Positions 1-8,642 of a stretch of DNA of 52,826 nucleotides are shown in pieces; within the stretch, counting starts at the first letter, position 1, and each line of letters begins with the position of its first letter. Source of the stretch: Candidatus Saccharimonadota bacterium (GTDB lineage Bacteria; Patescibacteriota; Saccharimonadia; Saccharimonadales; JAXHNE01); NCBI GenBank assembly GCA_034520885.1, contig JAXHNE010000007.1, forward strand, positions 1 through 52,826, read 5' to 3'. A model generated the notes under the pieces. The model was given only the letters and a program-made list of their open reading frames with translations. It was not told the origin of the DNA and searched no databases. The position numbers and the translations under genes were made by a program.

Positions 1-65
1 CTGACCCGCCCCGACCGGCACCTTACTCGGTCACCAGTACCTATATTGCGACGCCAACGTTTTAG
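1..65 (+). CDS. 3' end of an ORF cut by the window edge; probable tandem paralog of the secreted protein 118..1161
   Basis: Frame 3 reads DPPRPAPYSVTSTYIATPTF then TAG 63-65. This resembles the C-terminus of the next ORF (..PPGIYATTLTYVALASF*). Confidence 0.45.
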   Translation, partial: DPPRPAPYSVTSTYIATPTF

Positions 66-117
66 CAAAGCGTACACGGGTTAAATTTTGCGGCGATCTG
101 GCATACAATTAACGTAA

Positions 118-1161
118 ATGAGATCAAAGCGGCACAAAACAATTCTTCTTATAGCGGCACTGGCCTTCGGGCTGGTGCCGTTGTTTTTGGCCGTGCGGGT
201 GAGTGCGGCCACCCTTGGCGAGAGAAGCGTGCGTATTACCAATCCGCGTCCGGGAGAGTCAGCGGATCATTTGTATGGTTTCGAATACCCCAGTGCTTCG
301 AATATTGGCTCCGTTGCTTTTGAATTTTGTGATAATTCGGCGGTGTTCGACGGGCCGTGCACGCCACCGGCGGGATTTAATGCGGATACCGCTTCACTCG
401 TCTACCAGGACGGGGAAACCGGATATGGTATTCACCCCAACACCACTGTTAATCGGTTGGTAATTTCGCGGCCGCCGGCCGCCGTTACTCCCGGCGCGGC
501 CAACTACGTGTTCGAAAATATCGTTAATTCGCAGGACGCCAACAACACCGTTTATGTACGGATTCACTTGCATGCCAGTGATGACGGTACCGGGCCGACC
601 GTGGATTTCGGCGCGGTGGCCTTTAGTACCAGCCAATACATTTCCGTGGACGCCTACGTTCCTCCGTACTTGTTATTTTGCGCGGCCTTAACGGTGAACC
701 CGGACTGCACGACGAGCCAAGGCAATTATATTGATTTTGGTGAGTTGGAGAGCAATCTGCCCTCTACGGCCACCTCGCAGTACTCCGGAGCGACCAACGA
801 TGACTCCGGGTATACCGTATCGGTGCACGGGACGACCATGACGGCCGGTAACAACGTGATACCCGCTTTGGAGTCCCAAGGCCCGAGCGTACCGGGTTCC
901 GGCCAATTCGGTATTAACCTTCGTAACAACACCAACCCCAACGTTGGTATTAATCCTTCGGGGCCAGGTAACGCGACGGCCTCCGGTAATTACGCTACGC
1001 CGAATTTGTATCGCTTTCGAACCGGGGACGTGTTAAGCTCGGCCGGTATATCTTCCAGTTACGATTTATTCACGGTATCTTATGTAGTAAACGTGGAGTC
1101 CGACCAACCCCCGGGGATATACGCCACAACGTTAACCTACGTGGCCTTGGCGTCATTTTAG
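118..1161 (+). CDS. secreted cell-surface protein of unknown function (possibly WxL-like surface protein)
   Basis: 347-aa ATG ORF. N-terminal basic stretch plus hydrophobic signal sequence (KTILLIAALAFGLVPLFLAVRVSAA). Thr/Asn/Gly-rich; no catalytic motif recognised. Confidence 0.6.
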   Translation: MRSKRHKTILLIAALAFGLVPLFLAVRVSAATLGERSVRITNPRPGESADHLYGFEYPSASNIGSVAFEFCDNSAVFDGPCTPPAGFNADTASLVYQDGETGYGIHPNTTVNRLVISRPPAAVTPGAANYVFENIVNSQDANNTVYVRIHLHASDDGTGPTVDFGAVAFSTSQYISVDAYVPPYLLFCAALTVNPDCTTSQGNYIDFGELESNLPSTATSQYSGATNDDSGYTVSVHGTTMTAGNNVIPALESQGPSVPGSGQFGINLRNNTNPNVGINPSGPGNATASGNYATPNLYRFRTGDVLSSAGISSSYDLFTVSYVVNVESDQPPGIYATTLTYVALASF

Positions 1162-1231
1162 TTGCGGATTAGCCCCACGCATGGGTACAATGGATACTAA
1201 GCATAAGACAAGATTTCAAGGAGGGATTATA

Positions 1232-2224
1232 GTGAGTAGCTTTAAACGGCTCGGTCTGATAATAGTGAGTTTCGCGTTGGTGTTTTCAGTGTCCAACGCG
1301 CGGGTGTTTTCGCAGGAACAACCAGCGCGAGGAACCGGGGGAAGTGGACTAAGTATCTCACCCACGCGCTTCGAATTAAGTATTTTACCGGGTAATGACG
1401 ATACCGTTCAAATTAGCGTACAAAACGTGACCGGGTCTACCATAGAGGCCACGCCGGTTATCAACGACTTCGTGTCGGATAATGACACCGGACAACCACG
1501 CCTACTCATTAATGAAGAACGTGATGACCTCCCCTCCATCAAGCCGTTTTTCAACGAGCTAGAGAGTATGCGAATAGAAGCCGGGGAAACCGAAACCAAG
1601 GAAATTCCGGTGGAGATCCCGGAAAATACTCCGGCCGGCGGGTACTACGGGGTAATTCGTTTCCTTGCTTCTCCGGAAGGAACGGCCGCGCCGGATGACG
1701 GACAGGTAGCGTTGACGGCCAGTTTGGCCCCCGTCGTGCTGATAACCGTCCCCGGAGACATTACCGAGCAAGTGCAATTTCGAAACATACTGTATTACCG
1801 TAACGACGCCAGCGGGACTTTCTTTACTTCCAAGCCGGAACAAGTCGGTTTGCAGATTGTCAACCAAGGAAACGGTTTCGTGCAACCCTTCGGGCAAGTC
1901 AGCGTAAAAGACATGTTCGGAGAAGAAGTACATTCCTACGAACTCAACGATACCGACCCCAAAGGCAACATTATTCCGAGGAGTACCCGTGTATTTCGTG
2001 ACGACTTACCCGATATCGGTACGCCGGGGCGCTACACCACCACGGCCAACGTGAGTTACGGAAACGGCGGTGAGGTGTTAACACTTTCCAAATCGTTTTG
2101 GTACTTACCGTATTGGTTTTTGGCGATACTTGCCGTCGGACTGGGCGCACTAGTTTATGGTGGTTTCCTGGTAAAACGCCGCGTGAACACCGGAAGCTAT
2201 AAAAAGCCCAAGACACGAAAATAA
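1232..2224 (+). CDS. cell-surface protein with signal peptide and C-terminal TM anchor (DUF916-like architecture)
   Basis: AGGAGGG at 1219-1225 followed by GTG 1232 (the track ORF starts at 1181). C-terminal YWFLAILAVGLGALVYGGFLVKRR anchor. Follows the secreted paralogs, as in Gram-positive WxL/DUF916 clusters. Confidence 0.55.
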   Translation: MSSFKRLGLIIVSFALVFSVSNARVFSQEQPARGTGGSGLSISPTRFELSILPGNDDTVQISVQNVTGSTIEATPVINDFVSDNDTGQPRLLINEERDDLPSIKPFFNELESMRIEAGETETKEIPVEIPENTPAGGYYGVIRFLASPEGTAAPDDGQVALTASLAPVVLITVPGDITEQVQFRNILYYRNDASGTFFTSKPEQVGLQIVNQGNGFVQPFGQVSVKDMFGEEVHSYELNDTDPKGNIIPRSTRVFRDDLPDIGTPGRYTTTANVSYGNGGEVLTLSKSFWYLPYWFLAILAVGLGALVYGGFLVKRRVNTGSYKKPKTRK

Positions 2225-2285
2225 ACACACTCTTTTTTAGGGAAAGGCGCGCCGCGCTTATGCTACTATTTAGGTAGGTAAGACA

Positions 2286-3158
2286 ATGAAATACAAACGC
2301 TTGTTATCGGTTCTCGTCTGTTTGCTACTGGTGGTATTCATGGCGGGCGTTGTTGGTGCCCAGCAAGAAGAAGGGTCTATCGGTCTTGAAGGGCAAGTAA
2401 GTGCTCCGCCTCCGGAAAACGGTGCCACTATTACCGTGCCGTCCAACGGTGCTTCCTTTTCGGATTTACCGGTTACCGTGCAAGGGGTGTGCCCGGACGG
2501 CTTGCTAGTCAAGGTGTTTAAGAATAACGTATTTGCCGGATCGGTACAGTGCGAAGGTGGAAGTTATTCGATCGTGATTGATTTATTCGGCGGCCAAAAC
2601 GAGCTCGTGGCCCGGGTTTTTGACGACCTTGACCAGCCGGGACCGGACTCCAACATCGTCACGGTTACTTATGACGACCCGCGCGCCGGTGCCCAAGACC
2701 GCGTAACCCTTACCAGCAACTTCGCCAAACGTGGTGCTAACCCCGGGCAGACTCTGGATTGGCCGATAATTTTAAGCGGCGGGAGCAGTCCGTACGCTAT
2801 TAGTATCGACTGGGGTGATGGCAGCGAGCAACAACTTCTTACCAGGGAGTTCGCCGGCACCTTCGATATTAGCCACGCCTACGAAAATCCCGGCGTGTAC
2901 AACGTGATCGTCAAGGCGGTCGACGCCAATGAAGGCACCGCTTTTTTGCAATTAGTGGCCATCGCTAACGGTCCGCTCAGCCAGGAAGATGGCGGTGATG
3001 GTGCCGCCGGAAGCGGTGACGGCGAACAAGAGGCGCGGATTTTATGGCAACCGGCGGCCATTTTGATACCGTTTATCATCTTCACCTTTTGGCTGGGGAA
3101 GAAATACCAGCTCAAGGTCATCAAACAACGCATCGCCCGCGGCGAACGTCCTTTTTAG
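2286..3158 (+). CDS. secreted PKD-domain protein with C-terminal TM anchor
   Basis: Signal sequence LLSVLVCLLLVVFMAGVVGAQQ. PKD-like signature ISIDWGDGSEQ..HAYENPGVYNVIVKAVD. C-terminal hydrophobic helix followed by KKYQLK. Confidence 0.65.
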   Translation: MKYKRLLSVLVCLLLVVFMAGVVGAQQEEGSIGLEGQVSAPPPENGATITVPSNGASFSDLPVTVQGVCPDGLLVKVFKNNVFAGSVQCEGGSYSIVIDLFGGQNELVARVFDDLDQPGPDSNIVTVTYDDPRAGAQDRVTLTSNFAKRGANPGQTLDWPIILSGGSSPYAISIDWGDGSEQQLLTREFAGTFDISHAYENPGVYNVIVKAVDANEGTAFLQLVAIANGPLSQEDGGDGAAGSGDGEQEARILWQPAAILIPFIIFTFWLGKKYQLKVIKQRIARGERPF

Positions 3159-3183
3159 AATGTAAGCGGTCAGCTCGAGCTCG

Positions 3184-3630
3184 TTAGTCGTTGCCGCAGT
3201 AGTCGTTCACTAACTCTTCAACCCCTCCGCGTGTTCGGGCGCTTCCCGTATCAAATACGTTTTCGGCTTCATCGGTCTGTTGCAGCGACAATGTCCACTC
3301 CTCGCCCTCCGCTTCATATTGAAAAGCAATTTCATCCGTTTCCACGCAAGCGTCCGCCGGCACCCCGACGAGGGTACGCCCGCCGGCAGTGATGGTCGCG
3401 TAGTTAAAACGAAGACCATCTTTCGACAAGTTTTGATGAACATCCAGTTCTTCGAATAACTCGGCTTTTTCGTTTCGTAGTTGTTCGTTGCTATCGGAAA
3501 GTTCGTTGATACTCAAGAAGGAGGCGGCCGCCGCTCCTATGATCGCGATACCTCCTACGAGTTTCCGATTGAGCCATCCGGGTAATCGCCGCTCTTTGGT
3601 GTTTGCTCCGTTCGCTTCGAGACTTGTCAT
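3184..3630 (-). CDS. membrane-anchored hypothetical protein
   Basis: 148-aa ORF with one N-terminal TM helix (LVGGIAIIGAAAASFLSI). GTGAGG SD-like motif upstream of the ATG. Confidence 0.5.
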   Translation of the reverse strand: MTSLEANGANTKERRLPGWLNRKLVGGIAIIGAAAASFLSINELSDSNEQLRNEKAELFEELDVHQNLSKDGLRFNYATITAGGRTLVGVPADACVETDEIAFQYEAEGEEWTLSLQQTDEAENVFDTGSARTRGGVEELVNDYCGND

Positions 3631-3688
3631 AATTAAAACCTCACTTTTACAAATTGTCTAAAACTTATTAAATATAGCACGACATATC

Positions 3689-3697
3689 TGTTATAGT
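3689..3697 (+). promoter_or_regulatory. extended -10 (TGTTATAGT) 9 nt upstream of the mnmA ATG; leaderless-type geometry
   Basis: Motif read directly; no SD between it and ATG 3707. Confidence 0.45.
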
Positions 3698-3706
3698 AAA
3701 TTAGTT

Positions 3707-4747
3707 ATGCCTAAAAACGTGTTCGTCGGAATGAGTGGAGGCGTGGATTCGTCCGTGACCGCCGCGCTGCTAAAGGAGCGTGGTTATGACGTCACGGGCG
3801 TGTTCATGAAAAACTGGACGCAAGACTTGCCCGGGTTTCCTTGCCCGTGGAAGGAAGATTTTAACGATGCCAAACGGGTTGCCGTGCAACTGGGGATTCC
3901 GTTCAAAGTTTATGACTTTCAGGATCAGTACCGCCAAAAAGTCGTGGATTACATGATCGAGGAATACAAAGCCGGCCGCACGCCAAATCCGGATATTATT
4001 TGTAATCAAGAGGTAAAGTTTAAGCTGTTTTTTGACGCTGCGCTGGAAGACGGCGCGGAAATGATTGCCACTGGACACTACGCTAGAACAACGAATGGCA
4101 AGCTACTTACCGCCAAGGACGAAAACAAAGATCAAACGTATTTTTTGTACCGGGTTAACAAGGCGGCTTTACGAAAAACCCTGTTCCCGCTCGGGGATTT
4201 TGCCTCCAAAGATGCCGTGCGCCGTGAAGCCAAGCGGCTGGGCTTAGTGACGGCCGGTAAAAAGGACAGCCAGGGGATTTGTTTCGTAGGGAAGGTCGGT
4301 ATTCGGGAGTTTTTATCCCGGTTCGTAAAGGCGCGTCCCGGCAAAGTACTTGATGAACGCGGCCAAGAAGTGGGTGAACACGACGGGGCGATTTTTTATA
4401 CCATTGGCCAGCGAAAAGGCCTGGGTATCGGCGGCGGTCTTCCGTATTACGTTATCGGTAAGGACATGGATAAAAACGAAGTGTACGTAACGCGGGATAT
4501 CTCCAGTGACCGGCTGTGGTCGACCTCTGCCAAGCTGACGGATGCGCATTGGATCAATAATGAGCCGCCGGAAGGGGAGTATTGGTTGCGAACCCGGCAT
4601 CGTGCTCCCAAAGAATGGGTGAAGCTAATAAAGCGCGGCGGCTCGCCAACACTGCGGTTCAAGCAAAAAATCCGGGCTATCACTCCCGGCCAATCCGCCG
4701 TTTTATATGACGATGACCGGGTAGTCGGTGGCGGAATCGTGGTGTAG
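3707..4747 (+). CDS. mnmA: tRNA 2-thiouridine(34) synthase MnmA
   Basis: PP-loop GMSGGVDSSV. Conserved NPDIICN, DQTYFL and QGICFVG motifs. 346 aa. Confidence 0.93.
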   Translation: MPKNVFVGMSGGVDSSVTAALLKERGYDVTGVFMKNWTQDLPGFPCPWKEDFNDAKRVAVQLGIPFKVYDFQDQYRQKVVDYMIEEYKAGRTPNPDIICNQEVKFKLFFDAALEDGAEMIATGHYARTTNGKLLTAKDENKDQTYFLYRVNKAALRKTLFPLGDFASKDAVRREAKRLGLVTAGKKDSQGICFVGKVGIREFLSRFVKARPGKVLDERGQEVGEHDGAIFYTIGQRKGLGIGGGLPYYVIGKDMDKNEVYVTRDISSDRLWSTSAKLTDAHWINNEPPEGEYWLRTRHRAPKEWVKLIKRGGSPTLRFKQKIRAITPGQSAVLYDDDRVVGGGIVV

Positions 4748-4917
4748 GCCGGGTAGCTTGTCTCGTACCCGGAACAATGAACGCCGCTTTAAAAAAACGA
4801 CGTAGTAAGCGGTGACGTCGGTTCAAAAGGCCGCCATACCACACGACCCGGCTTCGCCCGGACGTGCGCCGTGTATGTACGCTATGCCAAACAAAAACCG
4901 CCCAAAACCGGCTAATC

Positions 4918-4926
4918 TGTTAAAAT
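4918..4926 (+). promoter_or_regulatory. extended -10 (TGTTAAAAT), probably the original alaS promoter, now separated from alaS by the GIY-YIG insertion
   Basis: Motif read directly. Removing 4938-5256 would place an ATG 10 nt downstream of it. Confidence 0.4.
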
Positions 4927-4937
4927 GGGGCGGAAGA

Positions 4938-5256
4938 TCCCGTAGTGAGCCCTTGATCACATTATGTTCTATGTTTATTTACTACAATCAGAGGAGCGCT
5001 ATAGGATATACGTCGGCAAAACGACCGATCTTAAAAGACGCGTGAAAGAACATAATGCAGGGCAAAATTCTTCGACAAAATCATACGGACCATGGACGCT
5101 TATATTTTACGAAGCTTACATAAATAGTAAAGATGCTGACAGGGGGAAAGGTACTTGAAGACGACACAAGGACGGCAAGCAATTCACAGAATGCTAAAAT
5201 GTCATCTGGAGAACTATAAAGAAATGAATTTTGCATATCAAGGATCTACTACGGGA
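4938..5256 (+). mobile_element. 319-bp mini-element: GIY-YIG ORF bounded by 20-nt imperfect terminal inverted repeats
   Basis: TCCCGTAGTGAGCCCTTGAT (4938-4957) against ATCAAGGATCTACTACGGGA (5237-5256), 16/20 complementary by eye. Lies between a promoter and the alaS ATG. Confidence 0.55.
4964..5158 (+). CDS. small GIY-YIG nuclease family protein, probably frameshifted (the -1 frame continues to TGA 5257-5259)
   Basis: N-terminal FYVYLLQS..IYVGKTTDLKRRVKEHN GIY-YIG signature. After a G5 run (5142-5146) the -1 frame reads ERYLKTTQGRQAIHRMLK, matching the C-termini of ORFs 49582.. and 50029... Confidence 0.7.
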   Translation: MFYVYLLQSEERYRIYVGKTTDLKRRVKEHNAGQNSSTKSYGPWTLIFYEAYINSKDADRGKGT

Positions 5257-7154
5257 TGACAGCTCAAGAGATTCGACGCGCTTATTTGGAGTTTTTTGAA
5301 ACCCGCGACCACGTGATTATTCCCCGTGCTTCGTTGGTGCCGACCGACGACCCGTCCACGCTATTTACCGGTAGCGGCATGCAGCCCATGATTCAGTATT
5401 TACTGGGCGAAAAGCATCCGGAAGGAGTGCGCCTTGCTGATAGCCAAGTATGTTTCCGGGCGGCGGACATTGATGACGTTGGAGACAACAAGCACACCAC
5501 CAGTTTTGAGATGCTTGGCAACTGGAGCTTGGGAGATTATTTTAAGGACGAGCAAATTCCCTGGATCGCGGAGTTTATGTTCGACGTCGTGGGGCTCGAC
5601 CCGGAGCGCGTATACGTGAGCTGCTACATTGGAAACCAAACTTATAGTATTCCGCGTGACGAACGGGCCATTGAACTGTGGAGCAAGGAGTTTGAAAAAC
5701 GCGGCATTGACCCTAAGGTCGTATCGCTGGGAAGCGCGGAAGACGGCGATAAAAAAGGCATGCAGGGCGGCCGCATTTTCTTGTATGACGGCAACGAAAA
5801 CTGGTGGAGCCGTAACGGTAACGAGGAAAACACGCTCGTGGGCGACCCGTGCGGACCGGACAGTGAAATGTTTTATGACTTCGGTGAAGAATTTCACGAC
5901 GAAACCGTGTGGGGCAAACCGCACCCGGCCAGTGACAGCCCCCGATTTTTCGAAATCGGCAATAACGTTTTCATGGGGTACCGTAAAACCGAAAACGGCT
6001 TCGAGCCGTTGGACAAACCCAATATTGATCACGGATCGGGTTTGGAGCGCATTGCGGCGGCCAGCCTCGGTGACCCGGACATTTTTAAGATTGACTTGTT
6101 ATGGCCAATTATTCAAAAACTAGAAAAATTGTCAGCGAAAACCTATGACGACCACCGCGAAGCCATGCAAGTAATCGCCGACCATCTAAAAGGCGCGGTG
6201 TTTTTAGTGGCCGATGGCGTGCGCCCCGGCAACAAAACCCAAGGGTACGTACTGCGCCGGCTGATGCGCCGGGCAATCCTAAAAGCTTTTGATTTGGGCA
6301 TTGAGCAAAACTTCGTGCAAGAAGCCGCCCCCGTGGTCGCCGAACTTTACCGCGCCGACTTCCCGGAAGTACTCAATCAGGAAGAAGAAATCATCGAGGT
6401 ACTTTTAAAAGAAGAAAAAACTTTCAAACGAACTTTGCGTAAAGGCATAAAAGAGTTTACGAAATTCGCGGACGACGGGAAGATTACGGGAAAAGAAATG
6501 TTCATGTTGTATGACACGTACGGCTTCCCGACGGAGTTGAGTTTGGAGGAAGTACAAAAACGTGAAATCACATTGTCAGATAATTGGCGCCAAGAGTTCG
6601 ACGCTGAAATGCAAAAACAGCGGGAGCGGAGCCAAACGGCCGCCAAAGGTACGTTCAAGGGCGGTCTTGGCGGGCAGAGCATGCAACACAAGAAGTACCA
6701 CACCGCGACACACCTGATGTATCAGGCACTTCGTGACGTGTTGGGCGATCACGTCGTGCAGCACGGCAGCAATATTACCGAAGAGCGGTTGCGGTTCGAC
6801 TTTTCGCATCCCGAAAAAGTGACACCGGAACAAATAGCTAAAGTCGAAGACATTGTTAACCGAGAAATTGCCAAAGATTTGCAAGTTTCGTGGGCGGAGT
6901 ATCCAACGGAAGAAGCTACCGGTAAGCTCGGTGCGCTCGGACAGTTCGGCGACCGTTACGGCGACAGCGTTAAGGTCTATTCCATGAAAGATCCCAAGGC
7001 GCCGGAAAACGAGCGGCCGTTCAGTTTTGAGATTTGCGGCGGGCCGCACGTTGACCACGCACGGCAATTAAGTGAGGGTGGAAAGAAATTCAAGATAACC
7101 AAGGAGCAGTCCAGTAGCGCGGGTATCCGGCGCGTTAAGGCCGTTTTAGCGTAA
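5256..7154 (+). CDS. alaS: alanine--tRNA ligase, compact form lacking the C-terminal C-Ala domain
   Basis: Class II AlaRS N-terminus (EIRRAYLEFFE..HVIIPRASLVP, FEMLGNWS). Editing-domain motifs HTATHLM and CGGPHV. Only 632 aa. Confidence 0.92.
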   Translation: MTAQEIRRAYLEFFETRDHVIIPRASLVPTDDPSTLFTGSGMQPMIQYLLGEKHPEGVRLADSQVCFRAADIDDVGDNKHTTSFEMLGNWSLGDYFKDEQIPWIAEFMFDVVGLDPERVYVSCYIGNQTYSIPRDERAIELWSKEFEKRGIDPKVVSLGSAEDGDKKGMQGGRIFLYDGNENWWSRNGNEENTLVGDPCGPDSEMFYDFGEEFHDETVWGKPHPASDSPRFFEIGNNVFMGYRKTENGFEPLDKPNIDHGSGLERIAAASLGDPDIFKIDLLWPIIQKLEKLSAKTYDDHREAMQVIADHLKGAVFLVADGVRPGNKTQGYVLRRLMRRAILKAFDLGIEQNFVQEAAPVVAELYRADFPEVLNQEEEIIEVLLKEEKTFKRTLRKGIKEFTKFADDGKITGKEMFMLYDTYGFPTELSLEEVQKREITLSDNWRQEFDAEMQKQRERSQTAAKGTFKGGLGGQSMQHKKYHTATHLMYQALRDVLGDHVVQHGSNITEERLRFDFSHPEKVTPEQIAKVEDIVNREIAKDLQVSWAEYPTEEATGKLGALGQFGDRYGDSVKVYSMKDPKAPENERPFSFEICGGPHVDHARQLSEGGKKFKITKEQSSSAGIRRVKAVLA

Positions 7155-7316
7155 CCGGCGGCGAGCGAAAACGTATATTGCAACCTCTGTAAGCGTGCTA
7201 TAATAAAAAACGATTATGCCTAGTAGTGAGCTTTCGGTAATACTTCGTACAAAGTTGTTCCGTAAAGAAAGTTTGGTGCTCGGGCATGTCAGCGCTATAA
7301 AGAACAGTAAGAATAT

Positions 7317-8642
7317 GTGGCAAGGCCAAAGGAAAGTCTACTACTAAGTATGTTCAAGAAATTTGATAAACTAAAGGGCTTGAAAAACAAGCTGCCCGGT
7401 TCCAAGAAATCCGAAGACGAGTACGTCGTGGGTTTGGATATCGGTACGGAAAACGTTAAAGCACTGATTGCTCGTATGGCCGAGGACGAACTGGAGATTA
7501 TCGGTGTCGGAAGAGCGCACCAAGCCTTATCCGATATGCAGGCCGGGGCGATTTCGGACATTGCCAGCGTGGTCGGGAATTGCGATAAGGCGTTGGCCGA
7601 AGCCGAAAAAGAGGCGGGCGTTACGCCGCGCACGGCGGTGATCGGTCTGGCCGGCGAACTGGTAAAAGGTACGACCACGACCGTTCGGTGCACCCGCCAA
7701 AACTCCAAGCGACCACTGGACTTAGCCGAAGTTGAGCGCATCGTTAACATCGTGCAGGAACGAGCCGAAGCCAAAGCCCACAAAGAATTGGCCTACGAAC
7801 TGGGCGGGAAAAACGTGGAAATTCGCCTGGTAAACAGCGCGTTGGTAAGCATTGAGATTGACGGCTATACGGTTACCAATCCGGTTGGTTTCCAAGGAAA
7901 AGAAGTCGTGGTGCAGCTATACACCGCCTTCGCGCCCTTAATTCATATCGGTGCCCTGGAAAAAACCGCCCAAGAACTGGACCTTGATTTACTGGCCGTG
8001 GCCGCCGAACCGTTCGCCGTAGCCCGATCGGTCATCGGTAATGACCCCAACGCCAGCATGAGCGCCGTATTAATGGACGTTGGCGGTGGCACGACCGACA
8101 TCGCCGTGGTGAATGAAGGCGGCGTACAAGGCACGAAAATGTTCGGCATTGGCGGGCGGGCTTATACCAAAGCGGTAGAGCGCGAGACCAACAAGTCCTT
8201 TGAAAGCGCCGAAAAGCTCAAACTGGCTTTCACTGACGGTACGCTCTCCGGCAAGCAAGAAAAAGACGTGGAAGCCGCTTTACGTAAGACATTAAAAGTC
8301 TGGCGTGGCGGCGTAGAGCTGGCGTTGAGTGATTTTAGTAAACTGGATCATATGCCGCATCAGGTGTTTTTGTGTGGCGGCGGATCCAGTTTGGAGATGG
8401 TTCTTGATGAACTACAAAACAGTGATTGGTACAAAAACCTGCCGTTTACGCGCAAACCGGTGGTGAAACATATCGTGCCCGGACAGGTACAAGGAATTGA
8501 CGATATGACGGATCGGGTGCACGACCATACTTTTATTACCGCGATGGGGCTCTTGCGGGTGGGTGCCGATACGCTCTCACACGAAAGCGGCCGCCCGGCC
8601 GGGTCAATACGTGAAAAAATTGATAGGATGTTACGCGTATGA
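7317..8642 (+). CDS. ftsA: FtsA/PilM-family actin-like ATPase (cell division FtsA-like)
   Basis: Phosphate-binding motifs GLDIGTENVK and DVGGGTTDIAV. 441 aa. Start uncertain (GTG 7317 or ATG 7350). Confidence 0.7.
   Translation: MARPKESLLLSMFKKFDKLKGLKNKLPGSKKSEDEYVVGLDIGTENVKALIARMAEDELEIIGVGRAHQALSDMQAGAISDIASVVGNCDKALAEAEKEAGVTPRTAVIGLAGELVKGTTTTVRCTRQNSKRPLDLAEVERIVNIVQERAEAKAHKELAYELGGKNVEIRLVNSALVSIEIDGYTVTNPVGFQGKEVVVQLYTAFAPLIHIGALEKTAQELDLDLLAVAAEPFAVARSVIGNDPNASMSAVLMDVGGGTTDIAVVNEGGVQGTKMFGIGGRAYTKAVERETNKSFESAEKLKLAFTDGTLSGKQEKDVEAALRKTLKVWRGGVELALSDFSKLDHMPHQVFLCGGGSSLEMVLDELQNSDWYKNLPFTRKPVVKHIVPGQVQGIDDMTDRVHDHTFITAMGLLRVGADTLSHESGRPAGSIREKIDRMLRV

Noticed and set aside
4812-5045. 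Track ORF 4812..5045 upstream of and overlapping the GIY-YIG gene
   Set aside because: It overlaps the promoter-like region and the left inverted repeat, is out of frame with the GIY-YIG signature, and has no recognisable features.
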